From positions 1-64,000 of IMG/VR virus record IMGVR_UViG_3300045534_000133: DNA of 64,000 nt. One strand, 5' to 3'. This document shows, piece after piece, positions 29,727 through 38,618 of the stretch (the stretch's first letter is position 1; each line of letters opens with the position of its first letter). Source of the stretch: a virus. A program made the position numbers and the translations under genes. The notes below the pieces were generated by a model, which worked only from the letters and a program-made list of their open reading frames with translations, was not told the origin of the DNA and searched no databases.

Positions 29727-30779
29727 TTATTGGCCAGCCATCGCGGCGCCAGCGCGGCGCTTGGCCACGATCTGGCCGTACAGGGCGGGGTTGGCGTCGA
29801 GCGCGAGGTCGTAGGCTTGGGCTGCCGAGAGTTCCGGGCGAGCCTTGCGAACTTCGTCCGCCTTGGCCTGCAGGGCAGCCTCGGGGTCGTCCTCGCCGTC
29901 AGTACCCTCGGCGACGGCGACACCGTAGGACTTCATCAGCCCCTTGGCCGCCTTGTTCGTGTCGGCGGCGGAGTACATCGCCTTCTCGACGATGGCGAGC
30001 GCATCAGCATCGGCCGCGCGCAGGGTGCGCAGAGCCTTGCCGACGGCCTCCGGGTCCGCCAAGCCCATCTTGCGGGCCTTGGCCACCTCGGCCTCGTTGT
30101 CGCGGGCCTCGCGATCGGCGCGGTTCTGGACGAACTCGGCGCGCAGGTGTTCCGGCAGGCCCTTGAGAACGACCTCGTCCTGCTCGGCTTGCGTCGGGGC
30201 GGGCTTCGACTTGGCGATCTGCTCGTCCTTGGCGGCCAAAGCGGCGTTGGCCTCGGCCAGAGCGGCCTCGGCAGCCGCAGCACGGCCCTTGGCCACGTTC
30301 GTTTCGCCGTTCAGGACTTCAACGCGGGCCTCAAGGGCGGCGTAGGCGGTGTTCAGTTCCTTGAGGTCCACGACGCTCTCCATAACCATCGACGCGACAG
30401 TGTTTGCCGCTGATTTCGCAACCGGAGAACCGCCGGTTTCGGCTTCGGTCATCAGGCTCGCCACCATGGCATCGCCTTGGGCCAGAAAGTCAGAGACGCT
30501 GATCGAGGAGGCTTCAAGCTGTTCGACCAGATCGGCGTAGGGCTTGAGTCCCTTCTCGATCAGTTCGGCTTCCGAAACTTGGGCGCCCCCGGGGTGCCAC
30601 TGACCTTCACTTCGGTCCCGGTTGTCATACGATTCGTGCGTCTCGGACAGACCCCCTTTGCGAGCCTTGATCACCACAACGTCGGAACCGGGCACGCAGG
30701 CCTCGTCCACCAGCGACAGTTCGCCGATACGCAGGCGCTTGAACACGCGCTTGATTTTCGTCGGAAGTTCCTCGGTCAT
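29727..30779 (-). CDS. Scaffold protein carrying N-terminal prohead-protease strand (ELSLVD)
   Basis: Acidic Ala-rich coiled-coil; ATG 30779 overlaps protease stop; C-terminal A...A...NP.LY. Confidence 0.8.
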   Translation of the reverse strand: MTEELPTKIKRVFKRLRIGELSLVDEACVPGSDVVVIKARKGGLSETHESYDNRDRSEGQWHPGGAQVSEAELIEKGLKPYADLVEQLEASSISVSDFLAQGDAMVASLMTEAETGGSPVAKSAANTVASMVMESVVDLKELNTAYAALEARVEVLNGETNVAKGRAAAAEAALAEANAALAAKDEQIAKSKPAPTQAEQDEVVLKGLPEHLRAEFVQNRADREARDNEAEVAKARKMGLADPEAVGKALRTLRAADADALAIVEKAMYSAADTNKAAKGLMKSYGVAVAEGTDGEDDPEAALQAKADEVRKARPELSAAQAYDLALDANPALYGQIVAKRRAGAAMAGQ

Positions 30780-31201
30780 TTCGCCACCGTTGGGTGAAAG
30801 CTGCCCCTGCCGCCAAGGCTGAACCCCTTGAGTTCGCCCCGGACAACCCTGCTTTTGGCGACCGGGCAGTGCACCTCCATGCCCGCCCACCAGCCGCGTT
30901 TCTTGTGCGTGATGCCCATGGCCTTGGCAAAATCATCGTCGATCAGGACGGACTCAACGATCGCGCCGGTCTGCTTGCCGTCGTGCATCACCTTGGCGAC
31001 GCGTTCTCCAGCCATGAACTCATGCACGGCAGTTCGCAGGACCGGCATCGGGCAGACCTCGCCATCCCAGTCCACGTTCACCGGGCGGCCATCGTCGGAG
31101 GTTACACAGGCCCAGCCGCGCACGAACGAACCGTCCGGCGCAGCCTTCTCGATCTCAAAGTAGAGATGCAGGTCGTCGTCGGTGTCGGTGCCGTCAGTCA
31201 T
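30776..31201 (-). CDS. XkdF-like prohead serine protease core
   Basis: V.GWA, D..G, F......MH, G.IVES, GWW, G.LKGFSLGG. Confidence 0.85.
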   Translation of the reverse strand: MTDGTDTDDDLHLYFEIEKAAPDGSFVRGWACVTSDDGRPVNVDWDGEVCPMPVLRTAVHEFMAGERVAKVMHDGKQTGAIVESVLIDDDFAKAMGITHKKRGWWAGMEVHCPVAKSRVVRGELKGFSLGGRGSFHPTVAK

Positions 31202-31263
31202 GCCGCCCCCGGCCGTAGCTACGGGGACAGACCCCGATTCAGGGGGCGACTATGGCACGGGAT

Positions 31264-31764
31264 TCAGTCGGCGGACAGAGGCAGGCGGAGGATGGCGTAG
31301 ACCGACTCCTCAATCATCACGTCGAGGGCGAACTGGGCTTGCTCGTCGTCCATGCCGTTTTCATGCTTCACCATCAAGTCGAACATGTCACCGGCCAGCC
31401 TCGACCAGTAGGCCTGCATGGCCTCCTCGGGCTCACCAGCGATGCCCACGCTGTCGCCAAAGCCGTACCCCATCTGGTCGGGGCTGTTCCATGGCGTCGT
31501 GGCGTAGTCCGGGTTCCGGCCATAGAAAATGTCGGTCATGGCCTTGGCTTCGGCCTCCACGAACGCCTCGGGGGCCTCGGCTTTGCCTGTTTCGAGATAC
31601 TTGCGGCGGTAGCCCACCAACCGCGTTCCAAACGCCCGGACGACAGACTCCACACCCTCGATCGTGTTGAGGGCAGGCCTGTCATCCCCAAGGACCGGCA
31701 AGTCCTTGAGGATGATATCGGGCCGCACTTCGGCGCTGCCGCCGGGATTGGACGAGTCTGTCAT
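31264..31764 (-). CDS. Acidic hypothetical protein, candidate immunity/partner of the giant protein
   Basis: GAGG RBS; directly downstream of giant ORF. Confidence 0.65.
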   Translation of the reverse strand: MTDSSNPGGSAEVRPDIILKDLPVLGDDRPALNTIEGVESVVRAFGTRLVGYRRKYLETGKAEAPEAFVEAEAKAMTDIFYGRNPDYATTPWNSPDQMGYGFGDSVGIAGEPEEAMQAYWSRLAGDMFDLMVKHENGMDDEQAQFALDVMIEESVYAILRLPLSAD

Positions 31765-31796
31765 GGCCTCAACGTAACCCCTGCCGCTTCAAATAG

Positions 31797-34700
31797 CTAT
31801 AGCTTGGTGAGAAGGCTGTTTTTGTGCGGCGGCAGCAGCGTCACCTCGATCTCAAAGTGGTTGCCCATTTTCTTTGTCCCCAGCAGCACCATGCGAGCGC
31901 CGGGCAGAGAAGTCAGTTCCGCCTCGCTGTCGTAACTGTAGCCGGAGCCCTTGTAGGTCGGCATCATCTTGGCCCCCTTGGCCGCGCGATAGACGATGCG
32001 GGCCCGGGTTTTGGGGTCGGAGCCCGCAAAGCCGGAGGTAGACGTTGGCGACATGCTGTTGCAAGCGCTGCCCGGGTTCTGCAGCACAGTCCCTACTGGC
32101 GCTGACAGCAGGGCCGCCTGCATGTTCGGCTCGACGCGCAGCCACTTGTAGACCGTCGAGCCCTCCGGCAGTTCCACGGCGTCCTTGTGCATGGCGACGT
32201 TTGCGGCAACGAGGTCAATGCTGCCGTGCGTCGTCTTGCCCTGATTGTAGGCATCATTGATGGCGCCAGAGCCCTGCACCGAGTTCATAAATTGCTTGGA
32301 CAGGGGTGAGGCCTTTTCGCGCAGACCCGGGATGCTGTTTTTGAACGAGGCGGGCACCGTCTCGGTGATCGGAGCCTTGGGCAGAAAGTCGGCGCGCTCG
32401 CCCTGAACCTGCCCAAGGGCCATCCAGAAGCCGACGCGCTGGTTCATCGGCATCTGCTTCACCGTCGTCAGCAGGGGCGCCGTCGGGAACGCCTCTGCAA
32501 TCTTGGCCAGAGAGGCTTTCTTGATCGTCTTGGCAGGGACCAGCGGTTTGGGCGGGTTGAACTTGTCGTCCACCGCCTTCATCGTGTCGGACCAGTACCC
32601 CTGCATCTTCATTGAGGGGTGAGCCGAAAACTCTAGCTGCTTGCCCGTCAGTGTGCCCTCGGCGTCGTCAATATGCTCCGGGTACGTCAGGCCTTTCAGC
32701 TTGGTCAGGTTGCCTTCGAGGGCAGCAGCCTCAATCGCATCGACGCTCTGTTGGTTGACCGTGTTTTTCCACGCCTTGGAGGACTTGTCGAAAGTGGGCT
32801 TGGGAGGCAGATCGGCCTTCGTGATCACCACCTTTTTCGGCTTGGCGGGCGTCGGCTCGACAACCTCAACCACCTCCTCGATCTCGTCGGCGGCAGCAGC
32901 GTTCTCGGCAGCACCGGTTAGGGCCGGGTGGGCCAGCTTTTTCTGCCCCGGGACCACCTTGTGCGGAGAGCCCAGCGCGGCCAGCGCATTGTTCGCCAGC
33001 GCAGCCTGCTTTTTGCCGTAGGTGTTGGTGCCGTAGTTCAGACCGAGGATGCCGGACTTGTTGCCGACATTGGCCAGCTTCTCGATCAGGTCGACCTTGG
33101 CGTTGTGGCTGGACGCGTTTGAGTTCGAGGCGTCCAGCTTGGCCGCCGCGAAGTCGGGCAGGGCGGGCTTCACGGTGTCTGCCGTCAGTTCCGCATACAG
33201 GGCGTCGGTGTCGACCGCGCCTTTCGCCTTTTTCCCGGTGGCGATCTCCCAGTTGGTGGCCATCGCCTTCGCGTAAGCGTTTATGGCCGTGGTGTTCGGC
33301 ATGCCCGCATCGAGTTCGGTGCCATACAATGTCCCGGCGAGCGCCTTGGCATGTGTCGAGGCCACCGCTCCCGGCCCGCCCGGCCCGTACTTGCTTTGCA
33401 GCCACGAAATGCCTTCGGAATAAGCGTCACCCGGCAGGGTCGGAGGCAGCGGCTGGATGCCATTGCTGCCCAGACGGACAGCCTGCTTGGCGTAGTACTC
33501 CGCGCTGATCATGTCGAAGACCACAGAGGGGGCACCCGACGCGGTCTTTTCGCCCCACTTCGGCGTCACACCGGCCAGCACGTCATGATAGGTGGCCAGC
33601 GCCTTGCCGTAGCCGCCCAGAGCAACACCTTGCGTGCTGGCTTTGTCGTAAAGATTGTCATTCAAAATGAGTTCGTGAGTGCTTTTTGACGGCGGGAAAC
33701 CCTCTATGTATTTCTTTTTCAGCCAGTTCACGTCTTCCGTGTTGCCGTGCATCCCGGGCCCTTTGGGCGCGGTTGGCATCAATCCGTCCTGCGCATCCAT
33801 GACCGCCAGTTCGGCGTATTCTTGGGCCGACTTCATGTCGGTGATCTCGGGGTAGCCGGATGATGCGGCCGAAGGTGTGCTGGCCAGCGAGACGCCAGCC
33901 GCCATCGTGGTAACGCCGGGCTTGCCGGTGCCGAACTTGTTGTTGGCCTCCTCAAACTCGCTGGCGGTGTAGAGGTACTTCGCGATGGCGTCTGGTATCT
34001 GGGCGATGCTCGCCGGGCTGATGCCGTCGTGAAACGCCGCAAGCTGGCCGTAGTAGGCCGCCACCTTCATGGCATCCCACTTCGTCTTCCCGTCGGTGTT
34101 CATGGCGTTCGTCAGCCATGTGTTGTTCAGCATGCTCAACATCGGCTTGGCGGCCAAGGTCGCCTTGCCCATGGCCTGCTCGTCGGCCTGTATCGTCGCG
34201 ATCGACTCGGCGGCCTTCCCGCCGGGCGACACCACTGGCGGCTCGGCGACGAACGCGCCAGTCTTGGCCGCCACGTCGTACATCGTGCTGGACGCAGCCT
34301 GCGGGGCGTCGCTCGCGGCCGGAAGGTTCATCGGGGCGAGGTTGGCCTTGGCCAGAATCTGGTCCCGGCGTGCCATCAGTTTCGAGGCCAGCTTCTGCTT
34401 GGTGTTCTGGCCGTCGTCCACCCAGTAGGCATCCACCAGCGCGGTGATCTTCTCGTCGGTCATGCCCTTGAGCGCTTCGGCGGAGTCCTGCAGGCCGGTG
34501 GCGTTCATGCTGCCAAACAGACCAGCCGCATCCGCGTTTTTGGCCGGGTCGCGCATCGTTTCCCAGTCCGGTGCACCGGCAGTGAACTCCATGGCCGTCT
34601 TCGGTTGGCCTTGGGCGCGGTACAGCAGGGCGCCGCCCGGGTCGATGTTCACCACCTCGCCGTCTGGCGTCACCAGCAGGTTGTCGCCGCCCATGCCCAC

Positions 34701-37700
34701 CACATCCCAGTTCCCCAGCCACGCATGGACCGCGAACTGCTGCTTGGCCTTGGACCGTTGGCCGGGGGTGCTGATCTTCTGCAGCCCCTCAACCCACTTT
34801 GTGGCCACACCCAGACCGCCACCATACTTGCCGCCGAGATCGACCAGCTTGTACTCGGGCGCGGGGATGCCAGCAGCCTCCATCAGTTTGGACGCCAGCA
34901 CCTCGTTGCGGGCCCGGGCGTCGTCCTTGCCCTGCAGGTTGCCTTTCACCAGCCACTTCTGGCCGTCGGCGTCCTCGTAGAGGCCCTTGGGAGCCGTGCC
35001 GCCGATGCCGTCGCTCTTGATCAGGGTCCAGCCCGAGATGGACTGCGGCCCCAGCTTGCCGTCGATCACTTTGGCCGACTGGGCCGCCATGCCTTTCCCT
35101 TGCCACACGAACATCAGTTCCATGGCGTACTGCCCGACCTGCGCCTTCCACTTCGTGTGGGAGTTCGTCTTCACGTTCGGATTGAAGGCATCCATGATCG
35201 CGAAGTTCTTTTTGTAGAGCGCTGCAGCCGGGGCAATATCGCCCTTCACAGCAGCATCGAAGACCGCCTTCATCTGGTTATAGTAGGTCGCGTTCGCGCC
35301 CGGGCCGGAGCCGTCCTTTTTCCAGCCGATCTTGGGCGGAGCCGGGTAGCCCCCGGAACCGCCACCTTGGTCCTTGAACTGGCCGCCCAGCGGCGTGCCC
35401 TTGGGCCAGCGGTCAACCTTGCTCTCGTCGAACTTTTTGCGGACCTTCACTCCAGTGAGGTCTTCAAGCGCCTCTACAATCGGGTGGTCCGTGTATCCGT
35501 TGTTCAGCCATGTGCGCAGCGTCGAGACGGGCGCCAGCCGGACAGCCTGCGACTCCCAGCCCATGCGGGCAGGGCTGCCGCCGACGCGCTTGGCCAGATA
35601 CATGCGGGCCGTTGACGTGGTGCGCTCGAAGTCGCCCAGAACGCCGGTGATCTCCACCTGCAGACCAGACTCCTCGAACGCTTCCTTGATGGCGTTCGCC
35701 TGCAGGCTCGGCACGTCGTCTTCGTAGGTGCCCTTGGGGAACGTCTGGCGGTAGCCGCCAAAGCCGTTCGTGGGGCTCACAATCCAGACCCGGCCGTCCT
35801 CCTCCTGCACGATCACGCCAGCGCCGATGTTTTTCCCCTTTGGGGCCGTCAGTTCTGGCAGCATGGCTTCAACGGCCGGGTTCTGGCCCGGCACCTTCAC
35901 CCACTCGGCCGCCGTCTGGGGCGGCTTGTAGGCCAGCTTCGTGGGGATGCCCTGCAGCACGGCAGGGGCCGGGCTGTTTGGGGTAAACGTCGCCGTGGCG
36001 TCCGGGTCGTTCCACACCACCTCGGGGCTGGCCTTGGACGGGTATTTGACCCAGACCTCGCCACCGTCATCATCGGTGTGCGGGTGCTTCACAGCGCTCG
36101 ACGGCAGAGAGTACGACTTGTCGGCACCAGTGTCGGTTTTCCCGGTCCACTTCGGGCCGGTCTTCGGGCCGTCGAACGGCTTCGTGATGCCGTTGAAATC
36201 AAGCGGGTGCTTTGCCTTCGGCTTCGGCGTGTCGAACAGCGGACCGCTGCTCCACGTCACCTTGGGCTTCGGCGCAGCATCAGACCCGGGCTTCGGCTGG
36301 AACTTGCCACCGTCCGGGTGGCCCTTTGGGGCCCGGGGGTGCATCCACGACTGCCACAGGCCCTTGATGCCCTTGCGCACGCGCTCGATCGCGCTCGGCT
36401 CGACGGCAGGCTCAACGGGCTCGCTGGCCATCGAAAGGGCCATAGCGAAGGCGTCCATCTCGGCACGCAGAGTGCCGGGCTTGGCCTTGGTGATGCCTAC
36501 GCCTTGGGGGCGGCGGGCTTTGCGCCCTTCGGCTCGGGCGAGGTATTTGCCGACGAGGGTGGTCGCTTCACTCCGAAGACGACCAGCGGCTTGGCGAAGG
36601 GGTGCGGCCCCTTCCGTGGCACCACTGGCATAGTCGTATTCCTTTTTGTCAGGGAAGGCCGAATAGGCCTCGTCGGTCGAAATGTCGTATTTACGCTCAA
36701 GCTGTGCGTCGATCAAGTCCGCCAGCTTATCCGTCGGCACACCGCTGTAGTTCAGCACGATCATCTGCCCGTCAGCAGTCGAGTGACCGCCAATCAGGGG
36801 TTCGCCATCCTCGCCCTTAATCGCCCAGAGGCGGTCATACAGGGTGGAAACAGAGGCCAGATCGCGCTCGCTTTCCGGCAGTTCGATCGTGACGATGCCG
36901 ACCGGCTCCATGCCTTCGGCGGCGGTTTCGGAAACCACCATCATGCTGTCCTGTGACAGCGCGAAGCCCAGCACCTTGGAGAGTTCGATGGCCTTGGCCG
37001 GGTCATCGACGCGAACCGACAGGCTCGGGTTCGTCGCACCCAGATAGCCGCCGATCTGCTCCGAAAACTCACCCTTGCTGCCGACAGCCTCCAGCGCTTT
37101 CGGGACCAGATCGGCCGAAACCGACTGGCTGATCTCGAACTTGTCGGCGTCGTCCAGAGCGTTCCAACGTGCCGTCAGACCCGCATCGTTCGGGTCCGGC
37201 GCCACCTCGAAAAACACCTTGGCGTCAGGGTTGCCCCCTATGCCTTGGGAGCCTCCAGCGGTCGTTTGCGGAGCGACACCTGCCCCTCCCGCATCCATTT
37301 GGCCCGGGCCTCCATCCGTTCCTCCGCCGCCGGGCCGTAGGGCCCGTCCCGCCACGAGGTTTTTGACGCCGATGGATTCGGTGATGCGCTCGGAGCCTTG
37401 GGGTCCGTTAACGTCGATTTCGGCATAGCCGTCCGCCTCTCCCTTGATGGTCTGATATGTGGTTTTGGGCTTGTCGCCGATCGAGGCGAAGTAGCCGGGG
37501 TCGATCAGCCGCCCGGTTTTCAAATAGCGCGCGGCCATGCGGCGCGCAGCCTCGTCAGGAGTCACCATGACGTGCAACAGCTCGACCGTATAGCCTTCGG
37601 ATTGGTAGTCGTCAATAAGCCCGGCCAGTTTTTCTCGGTTGTGGCCGACGACCGGGTAAATGATGTTGGCGCCGCTGGCGCGCAGTTCCATCCCGACAGC

Positions 37701-38411
37701 ATCGCTGATGAACTTGGACTCTTCGTGAACGGCTGCAGCGCCAAGACCACCGGCGAACTCGGGCACCAGTTTTTTGGCGTCATCGCTGTCCCAGATCGCG
37801 GCGCCCTGCTGCTCGGCCAGCAGTTCAGACACGGTGGATTTACCGGCGGCCGGAGGCCCCACCACGACCGTCATTTTCCGATCGTAGGCCAGCTTGCCCT
37901 TGGCGTAGCCCTTCGCCGTGGCCACCAGATCGTCAAGGGTTTCGTCGATATCCTTGCCGCCCGCGTAGGTGCGCCCACCCACGAAGGCCTGCATCTGCTC
38001 GTTCGTCATGTCCGGCGTGACCGTCGGCGTGATCAGCCGCATCTTCTCGGCGGCAGGCTCCAGAGCCGCCATCAGTTCAGCAGCGGGGGCTTTGTCTGCG
38101 ATCTTCGCCCAGACCGCATCAGCAGCTTCCTGCCCGATATCCTTGAGGACCGTAGGGTGAGGCTCGCCCGGCATAACCTTGGCAGGGTTGGTCTTGCTTC
38201 CGACGAACCCGACCGATGCCATGGCCTTGCCCTCGCTGCCGTGGCCGCCGGGCTTTTCGACAGCGCCCAAGGCCGGGCCTTCGTTGGGCTTGCCGTCATT
38301 GATCTTTCCGTCGCCGTCGCCGTCGCGAGGGTCGCGCGCCTTGGCGACGCTCTCCTCAACCCGGGCCATCAGGGCGGCTATGCGCTGTCCGAGTTGTTCG
38401 CCGTCTGCCAT
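31797..38411 (-). CDS. Giant multi-enzyme protein (~2204 aa): Zeta-like P-loop kinase, unknown domain, NUDIX, PI3/4K-HipA-like kinase, ADP-ribosyltransferase-like
   Basis: GPPAAGKS; PKG...AIKEAFEESGL; WLVK..NEVLA..AWLGNWD..DN..IDPGG; VYK..CNS..EAE. Confidence 0.88.
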   Translation of the reverse strand: MADGEQLGQRIAALMARVEESVAKARDPRDGDGDGKINDGKPNEGPALGAVEKPGGHGSEGKAMASVGFVGSKTNPAKVMPGEPHPTVLKDIGQEAADAVWAKIADKAPAAELMAALEPAAEKMRLITPTVTPDMTNEQMQAFVGGRTYAGGKDIDETLDDLVATAKGYAKGKLAYDRKMTVVVGPPAAGKSTVSELLAEQQGAAIWDSDDAKKLVPEFAGGLGAAAVHEESKFISDAVGMELRASGANIIYPVVGHNREKLAGLIDDYQSEGYTVELLHVMVTPDEAARRMAARYLKTGRLIDPGYFASIGDKPKTTYQTIKGEADGYAEIDVNGPQGSERITESIGVKNLVAGRALRPGGGGTDGGPGQMDAGGAGVAPQTTAGGSQGIGGNPDAKVFFEVAPDPNDAGLTARWNALDDADKFEISQSVSADLVPKALEAVGSKGEFSEQIGGYLGATNPSLSVRVDDPAKAIELSKVLGFALSQDSMMVVSETAAEGMEPVGIVTIELPESERDLASVSTLYDRLWAIKGEDGEPLIGGHSTADGQMIVLNYSGVPTDKLADLIDAQLERKYDISTDEAYSAFPDKKEYDYASGATEGAAPLRQAAGRLRSEATTLVGKYLARAEGRKARRPQGVGITKAKPGTLRAEMDAFAMALSMASEPVEPAVEPSAIERVRKGIKGLWQSWMHPRAPKGHPDGGKFQPKPGSDAAPKPKVTWSSGPLFDTPKPKAKHPLDFNGITKPFDGPKTGPKWTGKTDTGADKSYSLPSSAVKHPHTDDDGGEVWVKYPSKASPEVVWNDPDATATFTPNSPAPAVLQGIPTKLAYKPPQTAAEWVKVPGQNPAVEAMLPELTAPKGKNIGAGVIVQEEDGRVWIVSPTNGFGGYRQTFPKGTYEDDVPSLQANAIKEAFEESGLQVEITGVLGDFERTTSTARMYLAKRVGGSPARMGWESQAVRLAPVSTLRTWLNNGYTDHPIVEALEDLTGVKVRKKFDESKVDRWPKGTPLGGQFKDQGGGSGGYPAPPKIGWKKDGSGPGANATYYNQMKAVFDAAVKGDIAPAAALYKKNFAIMDAFNPNVKTNSHTKWKAQVGQYAMELMFVWQGKGMAAQSAKVIDGKLGPQSISGWTLIKSDGIGGTAPKGLYEDADGQKWLVKGNLQGKDDARARNEVLASKLMEAAGIPAPEYKLVDLGGKYGGGLGVATKWVEGLQKISTPGQRSKAKQQFAVHAWLGNWDVVGMGGDNLLVTPDGEVVNIDPGGALLYRAQGQPKTAMEFTAGAPDWETMRDPAKNADAAGLFGSMNATGLQDSAEALKGMTDEKITALVDAYWVDDGQNTKQKLASKLMARRDQILAKANLAPMNLPAASDAPQAASSTMYDVAAKTGAFVAEPPVVSPGGKAAESIATIQADEQAMGKATLAAKPMLSMLNNTWLTNAMNTDGKTKWDAMKVAAYYGQLAAFHDGISPASIAQIPDAIAKYLYTASEFEEANNKFGTGKPGVTTMAAGVSLASTPSAASSGYPEITDMKSAQEYAELAVMDAQDGLMPTAPKGPGMHGNTEDVNWLKKKYIEGFPPSKSTHELILNDNLYDKASTQGVALGGYGKALATYHDVLAGVTPKWGEKTASGAPSVVFDMISAEYYAKQAVRLGSNGIQPLPPTLPGDAYSEGISWLQSKYGPGGPGAVASTHAKALAGTLYGTELDAGMPNTTAINAYAKAMATNWEIATGKKAKGAVDTDALYAELTADTVKPALPDFAAAKLDASNSNASSHNAKVDLIEKLANVGNKSGILGLNYGTNTYGKKQAALANNALAALGSPHKVVPGQKKLAHPALTGAAENAAAADEIEEVVEVVEPTPAKPKKVVITKADLPPKPTFDKSSKAWKNTVNQQSVDAIEAAALEGNLTKLKGLTYPEHIDDAEGTLTGKQLEFSAHPSMKMQGYWSDTMKAVDDKFNPPKPLVPAKTIKKASLAKIAEAFPTAPLLTTVKQMPMNQRVGFWMALGQVQGERADFLPKAPITETVPASFKNSIPGLREKASPLSKQFMNSVQGSGAINDAYNQGKTTHGSIDLVAANVAMHKDAVELPEGSTVYKWLRVEPNMQAALLSAPVGTVLQNPGSACNSMSPTSTSGFAGSDPKTRARIVYRAAKGAKMMPTYKGSGYSYDSEAELTSLPGARMVLLGTKKMGNHFEIEVTLLPPHKNSLLTKL

Positions 38412-38441
38412 GGTGGCCCCCTGATTCCGTGCAGCGAGCCT

Positions 38442-38618
38442 ATGCGAACGACGGACGACTTGACAGCCTACCGTCGCCTCACCGGTCTCGCTCGCGCGCT
38501 TGGCGAGGAGGCTGACGACTGCATGTCGCCGATCACCGCCGCCGCGTTCAGGGCAGCGTCTCACTTCCTCACCCGTCTGGCCAGCGCCGTTTACACCAAG
38601 GGGCTCAAGCTGGACTGA
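38442..38618 (+). CDS. Small antisense-oriented ORF (58 aa) between MuF and the giant gene
   Basis: MRTTDDLTAYRRLTGLARALGEEADD...KLD; fills the intergenic gap; weak RBS. Confidence 0.4.
   Translation: MRTTDDLTAYRRLTGLARALGEEADDCMSPITAAAFRAASHFLTRLASAVYTKGLKLD

Noticed and set aside
38412-38604. Direct MuF-giant protein fusion or earlier start at 38564
   Set aside because: MuF has its own stop at 38605; the upstream extension looks non-coding and ATG 38411 has a purine-rich RBS-like leader; no slippery site identified
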